Below are positions 53,516-63,295 of a stretch of DNA of 64,000 nt, piece by piece. Position 1 is the stretch's first letter. Every line of letters begins with the position of its first letter. The notes beneath the pieces were generated by a model. It was not told the DNA's origin, made no database searches, and saw only the letters and a program-made list of their open reading frames with translations. This stretch comes from Candidatus Latescibacterota bacterium (lineage in GTDB: Bacteria; Latescibacterota; UBA2968; UBA8231), in NCBI GenBank assembly GCA_965197905.1, contig CBDAOB010000003.1, positions 864,001-928,000 on the forward strand, given 5' to 3'. The translations under genes and the position numbers were made by a program.

Positions 53516-53660
53516 ACTGACCTAGCTCCAATAACACGCTATATCAACTCCTCAAGGAAAATAGACTGTCCACTTGGCGATACAACAGGTTCCAGCCCGA
53601 TGTGCCACAATGGCGGCGCCAACTACGGGAGGTCCACTGAAAACGCCGACCAGTTTTTAC

Positions 53661-53689
53661 TTGCAATGGTTCACCTCTCCTGCTACTAT
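53661..53689 (+). promoter_or_regulatory. Sigma70 promoter for the ankyrin gene: TTGCAA-17bp-TACTAT with extended -10 TG
   Basis: -35 at 53661-66, TG at 53681-82, -10 at 53684-89, 17-bp spacing. Confidence 0.7.
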
Positions 53690-53694
53690 CCCCG

Positions 53695-53826
53695 TCAGAG
53701 CGCGCCAGGGCGCTTCCGGTCCGCGGGCAGGGCAGAGCCCACCTGATACATTTTCGTTGAACCACATTCGACGAACTCTTCTTACCCGTTACGCGGACAT
53801 CGGGTGCTGCCTTCGAGGAGGTCGTC
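53695..53826 (+). promoter_or_regulatory. Candidate structured 5' leader RNA
   Basis: Stems: AGCGC/GCGCT (53699-703/53710-14); GTCCGCG/CGCGGAC (53719-25/53792-98) enclosing GGGC/GCCC and TTCGTTGAA/TTCGACGAA hairpins; followed by GAGGAGG RBS. Confidence 0.5.
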
Positions 53827-55021
53827 ATGGCTGCATCTAATTCCCCCCAGGGGTCTCGTTCCCTTCCGGAACATCCCGATCTTCACCAACTCAAGAAACA
53901 GGCCAAGGAACTGCTCAAGGGCTATCGCTCTGGTAATTCGGCAGCGGTAGCTGAGGTGGAAACCCACGAGCGGGAGCCGGATCCAGGAAGATTCTCCCTG
54001 AACGATGCGCAGCGGGTGTTGGCCCGGGCATACGGGTTTACCAGCTGGGCGCGGCTAGTTGAGCGCGTAAACGGCTTTAGCGCCGAACGCTTTTGGGTAG
54101 CCGCCCAAGAGGGGGATCTGCAGACCCTGAAGTCGATGGTTGCCAAACGACCTGCGTTGGTCATGATGGCACGGCCCAGCCACGGCAATCCGTTGCATTG
54201 CGCCGTGCTCAACCGGGACGTTGCATGCGCTCGCTTTCTGCTCGAAAACGGAGCCGATCCTCACAAAGGTGTCTATCCGCACCGTGAGTCCACTTCCCCG
54301 CTTGTTCTGGCACAAGAAAGGGAATTCGACGACATCGTAGAGGTCATTGAAACCGAGCTCCAGCAACGGAGGTTACGGGTCGGCGCCACGCGATCAGATA
54401 CGAGAGACGTTGCAGAGGCGATCCGCAAAAACGATGAGGACGCCGTGTACCGGTTACTAGAAGCGGACGCTGAACGCGTGACGGCCGTCGACGAACGGGG
54501 CCGCAAGCCCCTGCATCACACTGCTGCGGCGCGCAATCGGACGCTGACCGCACGCATCTTGCAATTGGACCGCAAACTCTCCGAACCTGACGTCGACGGT
54601 TTGAGCCCGATCGACTGCGCCGTGTTGGCGGCCGACTGGACGCAGAGAGAGGAAACTACGAGGGCGGGCAGATCCGTGGCCGAACTCCTGTTAGAGCACG
54701 GAGCGGATCCTACGCCGCGAAGCGCCGCAGCGACCGGAGACTTGGCGTATTTGCAATCACTGAATCGCACAAACCTGGAGGCATGCGCCATAGACGGTGG
54801 TGGTGGGTTGTTGACACTGGCCGTGAAATACGGCCAACGGGAAGTCTTGAACCATCTGCTGGAATCAGGTCTGGACCCGGATGAGCGCGTGCAACTCGAC
54901 GATGCAGAGGAAGAGATCTACACCTGGGGAATGCCGCTCTGGCACGCCGCTTCCTACTCCGAATACGAGATGGCGGAATCGTTGATCGCTGCCGGCGCTG
55001 ACGTTAACGCGGCAGTTTATG
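53827..55021 (+). CDS. Ankyrin-repeat protein, exon 1 (N-terminal LP..PDL.QLKKQAKELL domain plus ankyrin repeats)
   Basis: GAGGAGG RBS; ankyrin repeats (NPLHCAV..FLLENGADP, PLWHAA..LIAAGADVN); interrupted after the first base of codon 399. Confidence 0.9.
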
Positions 55022-55770
55022 GTGCGCCGTGCTAAGGCGCACATCTTCAGTGGGTGCGAATCCCACCCGGCAAGGGTCGCTCCAGCCGGTAGCAATCGGA
55101 GCAGTGGTGGAGGCGACGAAGCCGCTGAAGCCTCCGGTGTAGAGGGTCGCCTTGGGCGACTTGGCGAGCACACAGGCCGTAACGTGAGTAAACGCTGAGC
55201 AGGCCTCGAAAAGTGTAATGCGGAAGCCGACCTGCCCGTAAACCAGGGAAGGCCGCTGCAGCTGGGGAAGTCGAGCGACAAGCGCACTCAGCTGTTCCGC
55301 CGGGGTAGTGGCGACAGCATGTGTGTAAGAGGAGATGTGGCGCAACACGGGAAGCCTCATCCGGTGGAAGCAGCGAGTGCCTCCAACCGGTAACCCGCGA
55401 GGGCCAGACTGGGCTGGATGAGGTGGCGGACAGGCGCGTAGTACCGAGGAAGCCGGGTAACTCCGGTGGAGGGAAGGGGCCTGACTTCGGACATGCTGCG
55501 GAAGTGCAGAGGGTTGGAGAGTGGCGTGAGCCTATTGCCTCCAGCAGTAAGACTAGTATGCATCGGAAGCAGCTTGACTACCAGGTGAAGTCCTTGTGGC
55601 GTGTGCCTGGATGTGACGTTCGTCGGGAAGCCGGATGCGGGAGATCCGCACGTCCGGTTTGAGGCGGCGGGAACTGGAAACGTAGCGATGGGAGTCGGAC
55701 TGAGGGCTATGGCGAAAGCCATGGGGAACCCACCGAACCCTAAGGCTGGCGCGCCAGTTCTCGACCCTAC
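55022..55770 (+). mobile_element. ORF-less group II intron (749 nt; IIB/bacterial class E-like by inference)
   Basis: 5' GTGCG; domain V GAAGCCGGATGCGGGAGATCCGCACGTCCGGTTT (55627-55660) with AGC triad; domain VI GGGAACTGG...CCAGTTCTC with bulged A at 55764; 3' end CCCTAC; EBS1 CGTAAAC (55237-43) pairs with exon end GTTTATG. Confidence 0.93.
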
Positions 55771-56522
55771 CCAGCGGTTCACCGATGGACCGGGCTTACG
55801 GTGCCGACGATGAGAAGATGAAGGTCTTGTTGCGTCGCCACGGTGCGTTCACTAGCGTCGAAACCATGGGACTGTATCGCGACACCGAAGCGGCACGAGC
55901 AGTCCTGGAAGGAAGGACGACCGCGTACTCTCATCCCGACCCGGTCAGAGACGGTTCTACCGCAGAGAATATGCTATGGGGGGCGGCCTGTGGGGGCGAT
56001 CCCGAGATCGTCGCCATGTGTCTCGCCCGCATCGACCGTGCACCGGACGATTCATGGTGGGCGGTAATCCTCCTGCAACCCATGCGCACGTGGAACCATG
56101 GTTACCACCGACGCCATTCGGGCTTCGACAGGTCTACCTATACGCAATGTCTCGACTTGCTGTTGCAGCACGGCATCAATCCGGACGTTACGGATCAACG
56201 GGGGTTCACTGCGCTGCACGATCTTGCCCACGGCTCTTGTTCAGGTTCCTGGAACATGACGGAAAAGGAGGAACTCGAATTCGGCCGCCTGTTGTTGGAT
56301 GCCGGCGCCAGTTTGGCAGCGCGCGATCCGCTACTAAGGTCAACGCCTCTGGGATGGGCTTGCCGCAACGGTCGAATTCGGCTGGCTGAACTAATGATCG
56401 AACGCGGCGCTGCCGTCAACGAACCGGACGCCGAACCCTGGGCAACGCCACTTGCGTGGGCAACGAAGATGGGTCACGAAGAGATTGTGACGCTGCTTCG
56501 AGGTCGCGGGGCGAAGGCGTGA
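55771..56522 (+). CDS. Ankyrin-repeat protein, exon 2 (spliced product 648 aa)
   Basis: G(55021)+CC joins in frame to give VNAAVY-ASGSP-MDRAY; further repeats TALHDLA, TPLGWAC, TPLAWA..GH. Confidence 0.88.
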
Positions 56523-56532
56523 GGTGGATACC

Positions 56533-56703
56533 ATGACCAAAACACCTATAGACTCAGTTCGCCGCGTGGCGCGACTCTACGCTTCCAACAGAGATGCGGC
56601 GGCCGCGCTTGGAATCGACCTTCGCAGTTTCGGACGTATCTGTCGGCGACACAACATCGAAACACCATACGTGAGAAAGCGCAGACGCAGATCCTTGGCG
56701 TAA
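56533..56703 (+). CDS. Small Fis-like HTH protein (56 aa)
   Basis: Below ORF-track cutoff; GAGGTG RBS; MTKTPIDSVRRVARLYASNRDAAAALGIDLRSFGRICRRHNIETPYVRKRRRRSLA. Confidence 0.75.
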   Translation: MTKTPIDSVRRVARLYASNRDAAAALGIDLRSFGRICRRHNIETPYVRKRRRRSLA

Positions 56704-56739
56704 GTAGGAACCCAATGTCATCATCGATATCATTCTGAC

Positions 56740-59700
56740 ATGCAGAAGTACCTACTACCCCGCCTTTCCGTAAACCGGCCCGTCACCGTCGTGATGGCGC
56801 TCACGGCGTTGTTGGTGGTCGGATGGATTTGCCTATCTGCGCATACCGGTGGCTCTCGAACCCAAGGGCGAGGCCAAACCGGTTCTTTGGGCATGGCTTC
56901 CTTTTCCGAACGCCACCGCCCCCCAGGTTCTTGAGGAGATCGTCATTCCCCTGGAGGACGCATTAGCCACGCTTACGGGCTTCAAAGGCACCAAAGCCGG
57001 CGCGCAGAGAGACCGGGGTCATTCGATGGTCTATTACCACAAAGGCACCGATATGAAACGGGCATGGCTCGAGCTGTTGGAGCGCATGGATTGGCTGTTC
57101 GCCCAACTTGACTACGACGCCACCCTCAAGCGTCGTGAGATCGACATCGGCTGGTTGGATTCGGGGGATGAAAGTTTCCGCGTGATGGGGATCCGCTGTC
57201 TCTTCGACCAATCGGTGACGCGGCCGGGACTGCTGCTCGAAGAAACGATAAAACCGGCTTTGATGCGCATCGCCGGCGTCGCCGGCGTTGGAGTCTGGAG
57301 TGGTCCCGACCAAGAGCTTCTGATTGCTTTGGACGAGGACAAGGTGCAGAGCCTCGGTGCCGATGTCGATCAGGTGCTGGAACGAATCACGGAGGACAAC
57401 TTCGCCCTCTCCGGCGGCCATGTCATCGAAGGAGGTCGTCGCATTAAGGTGCGTTCGATGGCGAATCTGAACTCGGTCGAGAAGTACAGGAATCTTCTTG
57501 TTGATCCCCGGCGCGGCCTGCGCCTGCGCGACATCGCCGATGTCCAGCTGAACACCGATACCGGTATCCGGTTCACCCGCATCAACCGCAAGGACGCGGT
57601 CTGGATCGGAATTCAGCGTTCCCCTGACGCCAATATCGTTGCAGTCTGTGCCGAGGCGCGCAAGAGTCTGGAGAAATTCGCCCAAGATCCACGAATGGCA
57701 GGAGCCGAATTGAGAGTTGTCTGGGATCAGGCGGAATACATCACGGCGTCGATCGACAATCTCAAGATTTCGGGACTTTGGGGCGGACTGTTTGCGGCGA
57801 TCATACTGGTGTTCTTTCTGCGCAATATTCCCATGACCTTGATCATCACCAGCGCTATACCACTGTCGATCCTCGCCAGCATGACTGCCGTTTATTTCTA
57901 CGGTTGGACGTTGAACGTGGCCACCATGATGGGTTTGATGTTGAGCCTTGGATTGGTAGTCGATAATGCTATCGTAGTGGTGGAGAACATTTTTCGTAAG
58001 CGCGCGGAAGGAATCGACGCGCGGGAAGCTTCCATCCAGGGTGCCGGAGAAGTCGGTCTGGCCATTACCATGGCGACATTAACTACGGTCGTCGTATTTC
58101 TGCCCCTGATCCTGATGACCGACGATGATTTTTTCTCCTTTTGGATGTGGCGAGTAGGGATGCCCGTCACGCTAGGGCTTTTCGCCTCCCTCTTCGTAGC
58201 TTTGTTTCTGTTTCCGCTGGCGGCCCAGCGTTTTTCCAGTCGTGGGGCGCAGAGGGAGCGGAGGGCAATTCGGCAGCTTGAGCGCAAATACGGATCCTCT
58301 CTTCGATGGGTCTTGTCACACCGTCTGGACGCCTTGATCCTGGTGGTGGTTGTGGGGGCCAGTGCATGGATCCCATACGAAGGCATCGAGCAGACCGACC
58401 GGGCATCCAAACGGCGCAGTTACGCCTGGATGAAGTTCGACATGCCCCGGGGCTATTCGCTGGAACAGCTGAACGAGTTCATGACCACCGTCGAAGATAC
58501 CCTCATGAACCAGCGCGAGCGGTACAACGCCGATCAGGTTCGGATTTCCTACTACTACGGCTTTGGTGGGCGGGCTTCGATCTCGTTGCAGAAGGAGGAG
58601 CGCCTGGAATGGTACGAGGTGGTCTGGAGCGGTATTCTCGATCGGCTCGGCATGCTGGAAAAAACGAGACTGGACTACGACGAGCTGATCGCCGACTTGA
58701 GGCAGCGCCTGCCGACCCGGCCGGGCATTTTCTTGAGAATCAACGACGAACAGGGCGAAGAGAGCGACGCTTCCCTGACACTGAATATCTGCGGTAAGGA
58801 CTATCTGGTGTTGACGGAGCTGGCGCTGGAGGTGCAACGGCGCCTGTCGAGCATTCCCGGTTTCCTTGCTGTGCACACCGACATGGATCGCGGATCATCG
58901 GAGGTCCAGATACAACTGGACCGCGAGAAGATGGAGCGCTACGGGATCCAGCCGCGCTCCGTGTCCAACGCCATCAGCATGCGCTGGCCCATCGGCGCTC
59001 AACCGATTGACGAGATCGGATGGACTCGTATCGGTAGCGATCGCGAAATCCGCATCAAAGCCCAGTTGGAGGATGAAGACGGCCGCAGTCTTCAACAGCT
59101 GCGAAACCTGACGTTCAAGGCAAACGACACTACCGAAATTCCGCTCACAGCCTTCGCTGCCTTCTATTTCGACAACACCCTCGACTTAATAAGGCGCTAC
59201 AATCGTCAGACCATGGTGGCGGTGACGGACTACGCCACCAAGGACGATGCCAAGGGTCTCTTCGACCAGGTGGACGCGGCTATGGCGGACCTGGAGATGC
59301 CCCGGGGATACCGCTGGGACAAAGGTGCGCGCTTCATCCGCATGGAGGAGACTGACAAAGCCCAGCAGTTTGCCATAGCGCTGTCAATCACGTTCGTGTT
59401 TCTGCTCATGGGGGTTCTGTTCGAATCGTTCGTGTTGCCGCTGTCGGTCATCGTCTCTATTCCGTTCGCCGGCCTGGGGGTCTACTGGACCCTCTACGCT
59501 ACCGGTACGCCAATGGATGACATGTCCCGTATCGGCATGGTGATCCTGGTGGGGGTGGTAGTGAACAATGCTATCGTCCTGGTGGATCTGGTCAATCGAC
59601 TGCGCAATGAGGGCATGGAGCGATACGAGGCCTTGGTGCAGGCCGGCCGGCACCGGTTTCGACCGATCCTCATGACTACCTTTACGACAATCTTCGGTTT

Positions 59701-59917
59701 GATCCCCATGGCGGTAGGAAACCCGAATGTCGTCGGCACCGATTACGCACCGTTGGGTCGGACGATGATGGGGGGATTGCTGGCGTCGATGGTGTTAGCC
59801 CTGTTAGTTGTGCCTCTATGCTACACCTTTTTCGACGATCTCCGCGAGGTGGTGGGGCAAGCCATGAGATCGGCGGCGCGGTCATCGGCGCGCCGACTTA
59901 CGCAAGGTGTGGCGTAG
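56740..59917 (+). CDS. RND efflux permease (AcrB/AcrD/AcrF family), apparent +1 frameshift at ~56828-56830
   Basis: N-terminal SVNRPVTVVM in one frame; removing one T gives WIAYLRIPVALEP joining the 1022-aa ORF; GLVVDNAIVVVENI, VVNNAIVLVD, RFRPILMTT. Confidence 0.88.
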
Positions 59918-59938
59918 CCGAACGAGCTGGTACCACCG

Positions 59939-61051
59939 TCAACCAGTTACGCTCTCGTGCTCGACGGTGTACTCCTCCAGCAATTCAGGATCGGGTTGCG
60001 GCAGACCTTCCAGAAATGGCGTGAAGGTCAATCGCTCGGTCAATTTATTCTCGGGTTGCGACAGATCGCGCGCATAGAAACGCTCCGATGGAAACAGGTC
60101 TCCGGGATAGGTGAAGTTCGGCAGGGTCGCCAGCTCGATGCAGATCGCACCGCCAAGCGCGCTCTCCAGCATGCCGCCCACCCAGACCGGCACCCCGGCG
60201 TCGGCGCAGATATCGTGGATGCGCACGGAATTCGCCAACCCACCCACTCGCCCGGGTTTGATATTTACGAGCTTGCAAGCACCGATCCGCAGAGCTTGCT
60301 CGACCTTGTGCGGTCCGGTGATGCTCTCGTCCAGACAGACGGGTGTCGCGATGGTCGCCGCTAGCTCGGCGTGATCCAACAGATCATCGTGGCCCAACGG
60401 TTGCTCGATGAACTCGAGATGGAACGAATCGATTCTCCGGAACATCTCCAAATCTTCCAAACCGAATCCGGAGTTGCAGTCGATGTGAATCCGCAGGTCG
60501 GGAAAGGCGCCGCGAACCGCAGCCAGCATGTCCACATCCCACCCCCGCGCGAACTTGAGTTTGATACGTGGAAATCCACGATCGACCGCCCCTTGAATAT
60601 TGCCGAGCAGCATATCGAACGAGTCCTGAACCCCGAAGTCCGCGCCCGCTGCAACCTCGCGTGTATCGCCTCCCAAGAGGCGGTGCAGTGGTTCTCCGGT
60701 TTTTTTACTCTGGGTCGTCCACCAAAGAATCTCAAGTGCCGCTTTGGCGAATTGATTTCCTTTGTAGGCCGCAAGTAGGTCGTTTAATGCCTCCGCTGAT
60801 TCGATCTTTTTGCCGATCAGCTGCGGTCCGAAGAACTGGACGATATTCCTGAACGCGGTGCCTGCACCTTCCGTCAGATACATGGGTCGCTCCAATGGGC
60901 AACTTTCAGTCCAGGCCGTGGTCTCGCCTGCCCGGCCTTTGACCAGCACGGAGTGGATCGCCCAGTCTTCCCCATAGGAAGTCCGCCATGGGTACAACAG
61001 CGGCATGGCGACGTGATAGACATCAAAGCGATCAAAATGAACGGGCATCAT
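59939..61051 (-). CDS. menC: o-succinylbenzoate synthase / N-acylamino acid racemase (enolase superfamily)
   Basis: KLK, IDCN, IEQPL, CLDESI, NIKPGRVGG, WVGGMLES; OSBS/NAAAR type, no men operon context. Confidence 0.75.
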   Translation of the reverse strand: MMPVHFDRFDVYHVAMPLLYPWRTSYGEDWAIHSVLVKGRAGETTAWTESCPLERPMYLTEGAGTAFRNIVQFFGPQLIGKKIESAEALNDLLAAYKGNQFAKAALEILWWTTQSKKTGEPLHRLLGGDTREVAAGADFGVQDSFDMLLGNIQGAVDRGFPRIKLKFARGWDVDMLAAVRGAFPDLRIHIDCNSGFGLEDLEMFRRIDSFHLEFIEQPLGHDDLLDHAELAATIATPVCLDESITGPHKVEQALRIGACKLVNIKPGRVGGLANSVRIHDICADAGVPVWVGGMLESALGGAICIELATLPNFTYPGDLFPSERFYARDLSQPENKLTERLTFTPFLEGLPQPDPELLEEYTVEHESVTG

Positions 61052-61207
61052 CGTAGCGGAAGGATGGGTGTTAAGCCGAGCGAGTCAAGAGCGGGTCCGG
61101 AGCGGCGGTCGCTCCTGCCGAATTCGCCCTCGATCGACTGGATTGGAAACGAACTAGGGAGCATCTTCAGACGAGCCTGGCGCCCAATCCACATCCATTC
61201 CAGTCGC

Positions 61208-63232
61208 ATGAGTGATTCCAACAAGCCCAGATCTACCTACCCTATAGAACACGCGAGCCCGCCGGGTAATGAGCCGGACGTGAGTACGGAGGAATCCGCT
61301 GCCGAATGGCCGCGAATCCGCTGGCGCGCTGTCCTTCTCTCGATGCTGTCGATCGCGGCGATGTTCTTCTACGTGATCCAGGTTTCCGAGCGCCAGCGCT
61401 CCGGCGCCTTTACCCATTCTCAGTACCCGCTCACCGCCTTCATTCCGTTCGTGGTGTGGCTGGTGGCCAACGTCATACTCAAGCGGATCTGGCCCAGTAT
61501 CGCCCTGAGTCGGGGCGAGCTCCTGACCATATTCACCATGACCTGGGTCGCCGGCGTCATTCCCTCCTGGATCAAGATCTGGGCTTCGATCCTGACCACG
61601 CCAACCGTATTTGCATCCCCGGAAAACCAGTGGGAATTGATTTTCGATTTCCTGCCCTGGCATGTGCTGGCACCGACCGCGCCGGAGGTCGTGGTAAACT
61701 ATTGGTACGGCCGACCCGAAGGCATGGATATTCCGTGGGTGCTGTGGATCGGTCCGCTCTTCCAGTGGTTGAGCGCTACCACCGCCGTGGTTGTGTTCGG
61801 GTTTTGTCTCGTTTTGCTCTTTCAGCGTCAGTGGGAACGACACGAAAAGCTCACCTTTCCGCTGGCGCAGCTGTCGCTCGATCTGACCGAGGGCCTCGAC
61901 GGACCTCGGCGGATGCCGGACCTGTTCCGCTCCAATCTGTTCTGGACCGGTGTTGTGTTGGTTCTTGTTCCAATGGCGTACCGCATCACCACCTATTTCA
62001 TGCCGAGCCTCCCGGAGCTGAACATTCTGTGGGAGCACTATTGGCTGAGCTGGGGAGATGGGGGGCTATTCTTCCGCGTTATGCCCGTGGCGATGGCAGT
62101 GGTCTATCTCTGCCCCCTGGACATCATGGGAAGCATCGCGCTCTTCCACGTCCTCGGCTCGGTCAAAGGCACGCTGATGCGACGCTACGGGACGCCGGAC
62201 TTCGGTTTTTCCGGTTCCACCATAAATCCCACCTTTCCTGATTCAACTCAGGTACTGCACGGAGAAAGTTACGGGGCGGTCTTTTTTATTGCCTTGTGGT
62301 CGATCTGGCTGGCGCGTCGGCATCTCAAGGATGTGTGGAAACAGGTCAGGAGCGGAACTGGCGATCGAGCCGATCTGTTTCGCTACCGGCTGGCTCTTGT
62401 TGGCATGCTGCTGTCCGGGGGGTACGTCATCGCTTGGGCGATCTTCATGGGAGTACACCCATTAGCGGCGACGCTCACCTTCCTGCTTATGGCCCTGGTC
62501 TACTTCGTCACCGTGAAGCTGGTAGCGGCCACCGGTTTCGCCTATCTGTTGCCCAACCGACCTCACCTCAAGGGTGAGTTTATGGTGGTGGAGATGATCG
62601 GATCCGCCTACATGTCGGCACGCAATCTCGTCGCTTACAAGGTTTTTACCAGCTATGCGTTTTTCGGTCACATCCTCATTCCGGCATGGCCTGCGCTGCC
62701 GCACCATCTGCGTATCTTCTCTTTTCGGAAACAGCCAGCATGGGTTATGGGCACGGTGCTGATCGCCTTTGTTGGAGGTTTTCTGGTCGCTTTTTGGGCG
62801 CTGTTGGATATGACTTACACAGAAGGCGCGATCATCCTCTCGGGTAACCGGGTGCCACGAGATTACAATGTTGCCGTGAACCTGATGAACAACCCGATCG
62901 AATTCCGCTGGGAGAAATGGGCGCTCTGGTTCATCGGATTCTTCGAATCGGCCTTTCTGGTTTTGTTGCGCACCCGGTATCACTGGTTTCCGATCCATCC
63001 GATCGGCCTGGCGTTTCAGATGACCGTCGGAACCTGGGTCTACTGGTCTACCCTGTTTATGATGTGGATGGTGAAGATAACCCTGCTACGTCTTGGGGGC
63101 GTGAAGATGTACCTGGCCGGCAAGCCGTTCTTTTACGGCATGGGCATCGGATATATGGTCGGGGTCATCGCCAGCACCGTAGTGGACCTGATCTGGTTTC
63201 CCGGTGCCGGCCACCGCATCCACTGGTGGTAA
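61208..63232 (+). CDS. DUF6785/DUF6784-like polytopic membrane protein (paralog of 15998-17968)
   Basis: HSQYP, RQWERHEKLTFPLAQL, WFPIHPIG, YLAGKPFFYG, ends HRIHWW. Confidence 0.75.
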   Translation: MSDSNKPRSTYPIEHASPPGNEPDVSTEESAAEWPRIRWRAVLLSMLSIAAMFFYVIQVSERQRSGAFTHSQYPLTAFIPFVVWLVANVILKRIWPSIALSRGELLTIFTMTWVAGVIPSWIKIWASILTTPTVFASPENQWELIFDFLPWHVLAPTAPEVVVNYWYGRPEGMDIPWVLWIGPLFQWLSATTAVVVFGFCLVLLFQRQWERHEKLTFPLAQLSLDLTEGLDGPRRMPDLFRSNLFWTGVVLVLVPMAYRITTYFMPSLPELNILWEHYWLSWGDGGLFFRVMPVAMAVVYLCPLDIMGSIALFHVLGSVKGTLMRRYGTPDFGFSGSTINPTFPDSTQVLHGESYGAVFFIALWSIWLARRHLKDVWKQVRSGTGDRADLFRYRLALVGMLLSGGYVIAWAIFMGVHPLAATLTFLLMALVYFVTVKLVAATGFAYLLPNRPHLKGEFMVVEMIGSAYMSARNLVAYKVFTSYAFFGHILIPAWPALPHHLRIFSFRKQPAWVMGTVLIAFVGGFLVAFWALLDMTYTEGAIILSGNRVPRDYNVAVNLMNNPIEFRWEKWALWFIGFFESAFLVLLRTRYHWFPIHPIGLAFQMTVGTWVYWSTLFMMWMVKITLLRLGGVKMYLAGKPFFYGMGIGYMVGVIASTVVDLIWFPGAGHRIHWW

Positions 63233-63295
63233 ACGCAGATTCGAAACGCACGCAATGACACCTGGACACACCCCTAGCAGAAGGAGGTTAATAAA

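Noticed and set aside
55040..55080. tRNA-like T-arm GGGTGCGAATCCC
   Set aside because: Part of intron domain I; no cloverleaf or acceptor stem
55022..55770. Insertion sequence or MITE explanation for the insert
   Set aside because: No terminal inverted repeats or target-site duplication; group II intron boundaries and domains V/VI explain it fully
54865..55813. ORFs overlapping the intron (54865-55287, 55004-55360, 55321-55662, 55357-55782, 55601-55813)
   Set aside because: Incidental frames through structured intron RNA; no RT or transposase motifs
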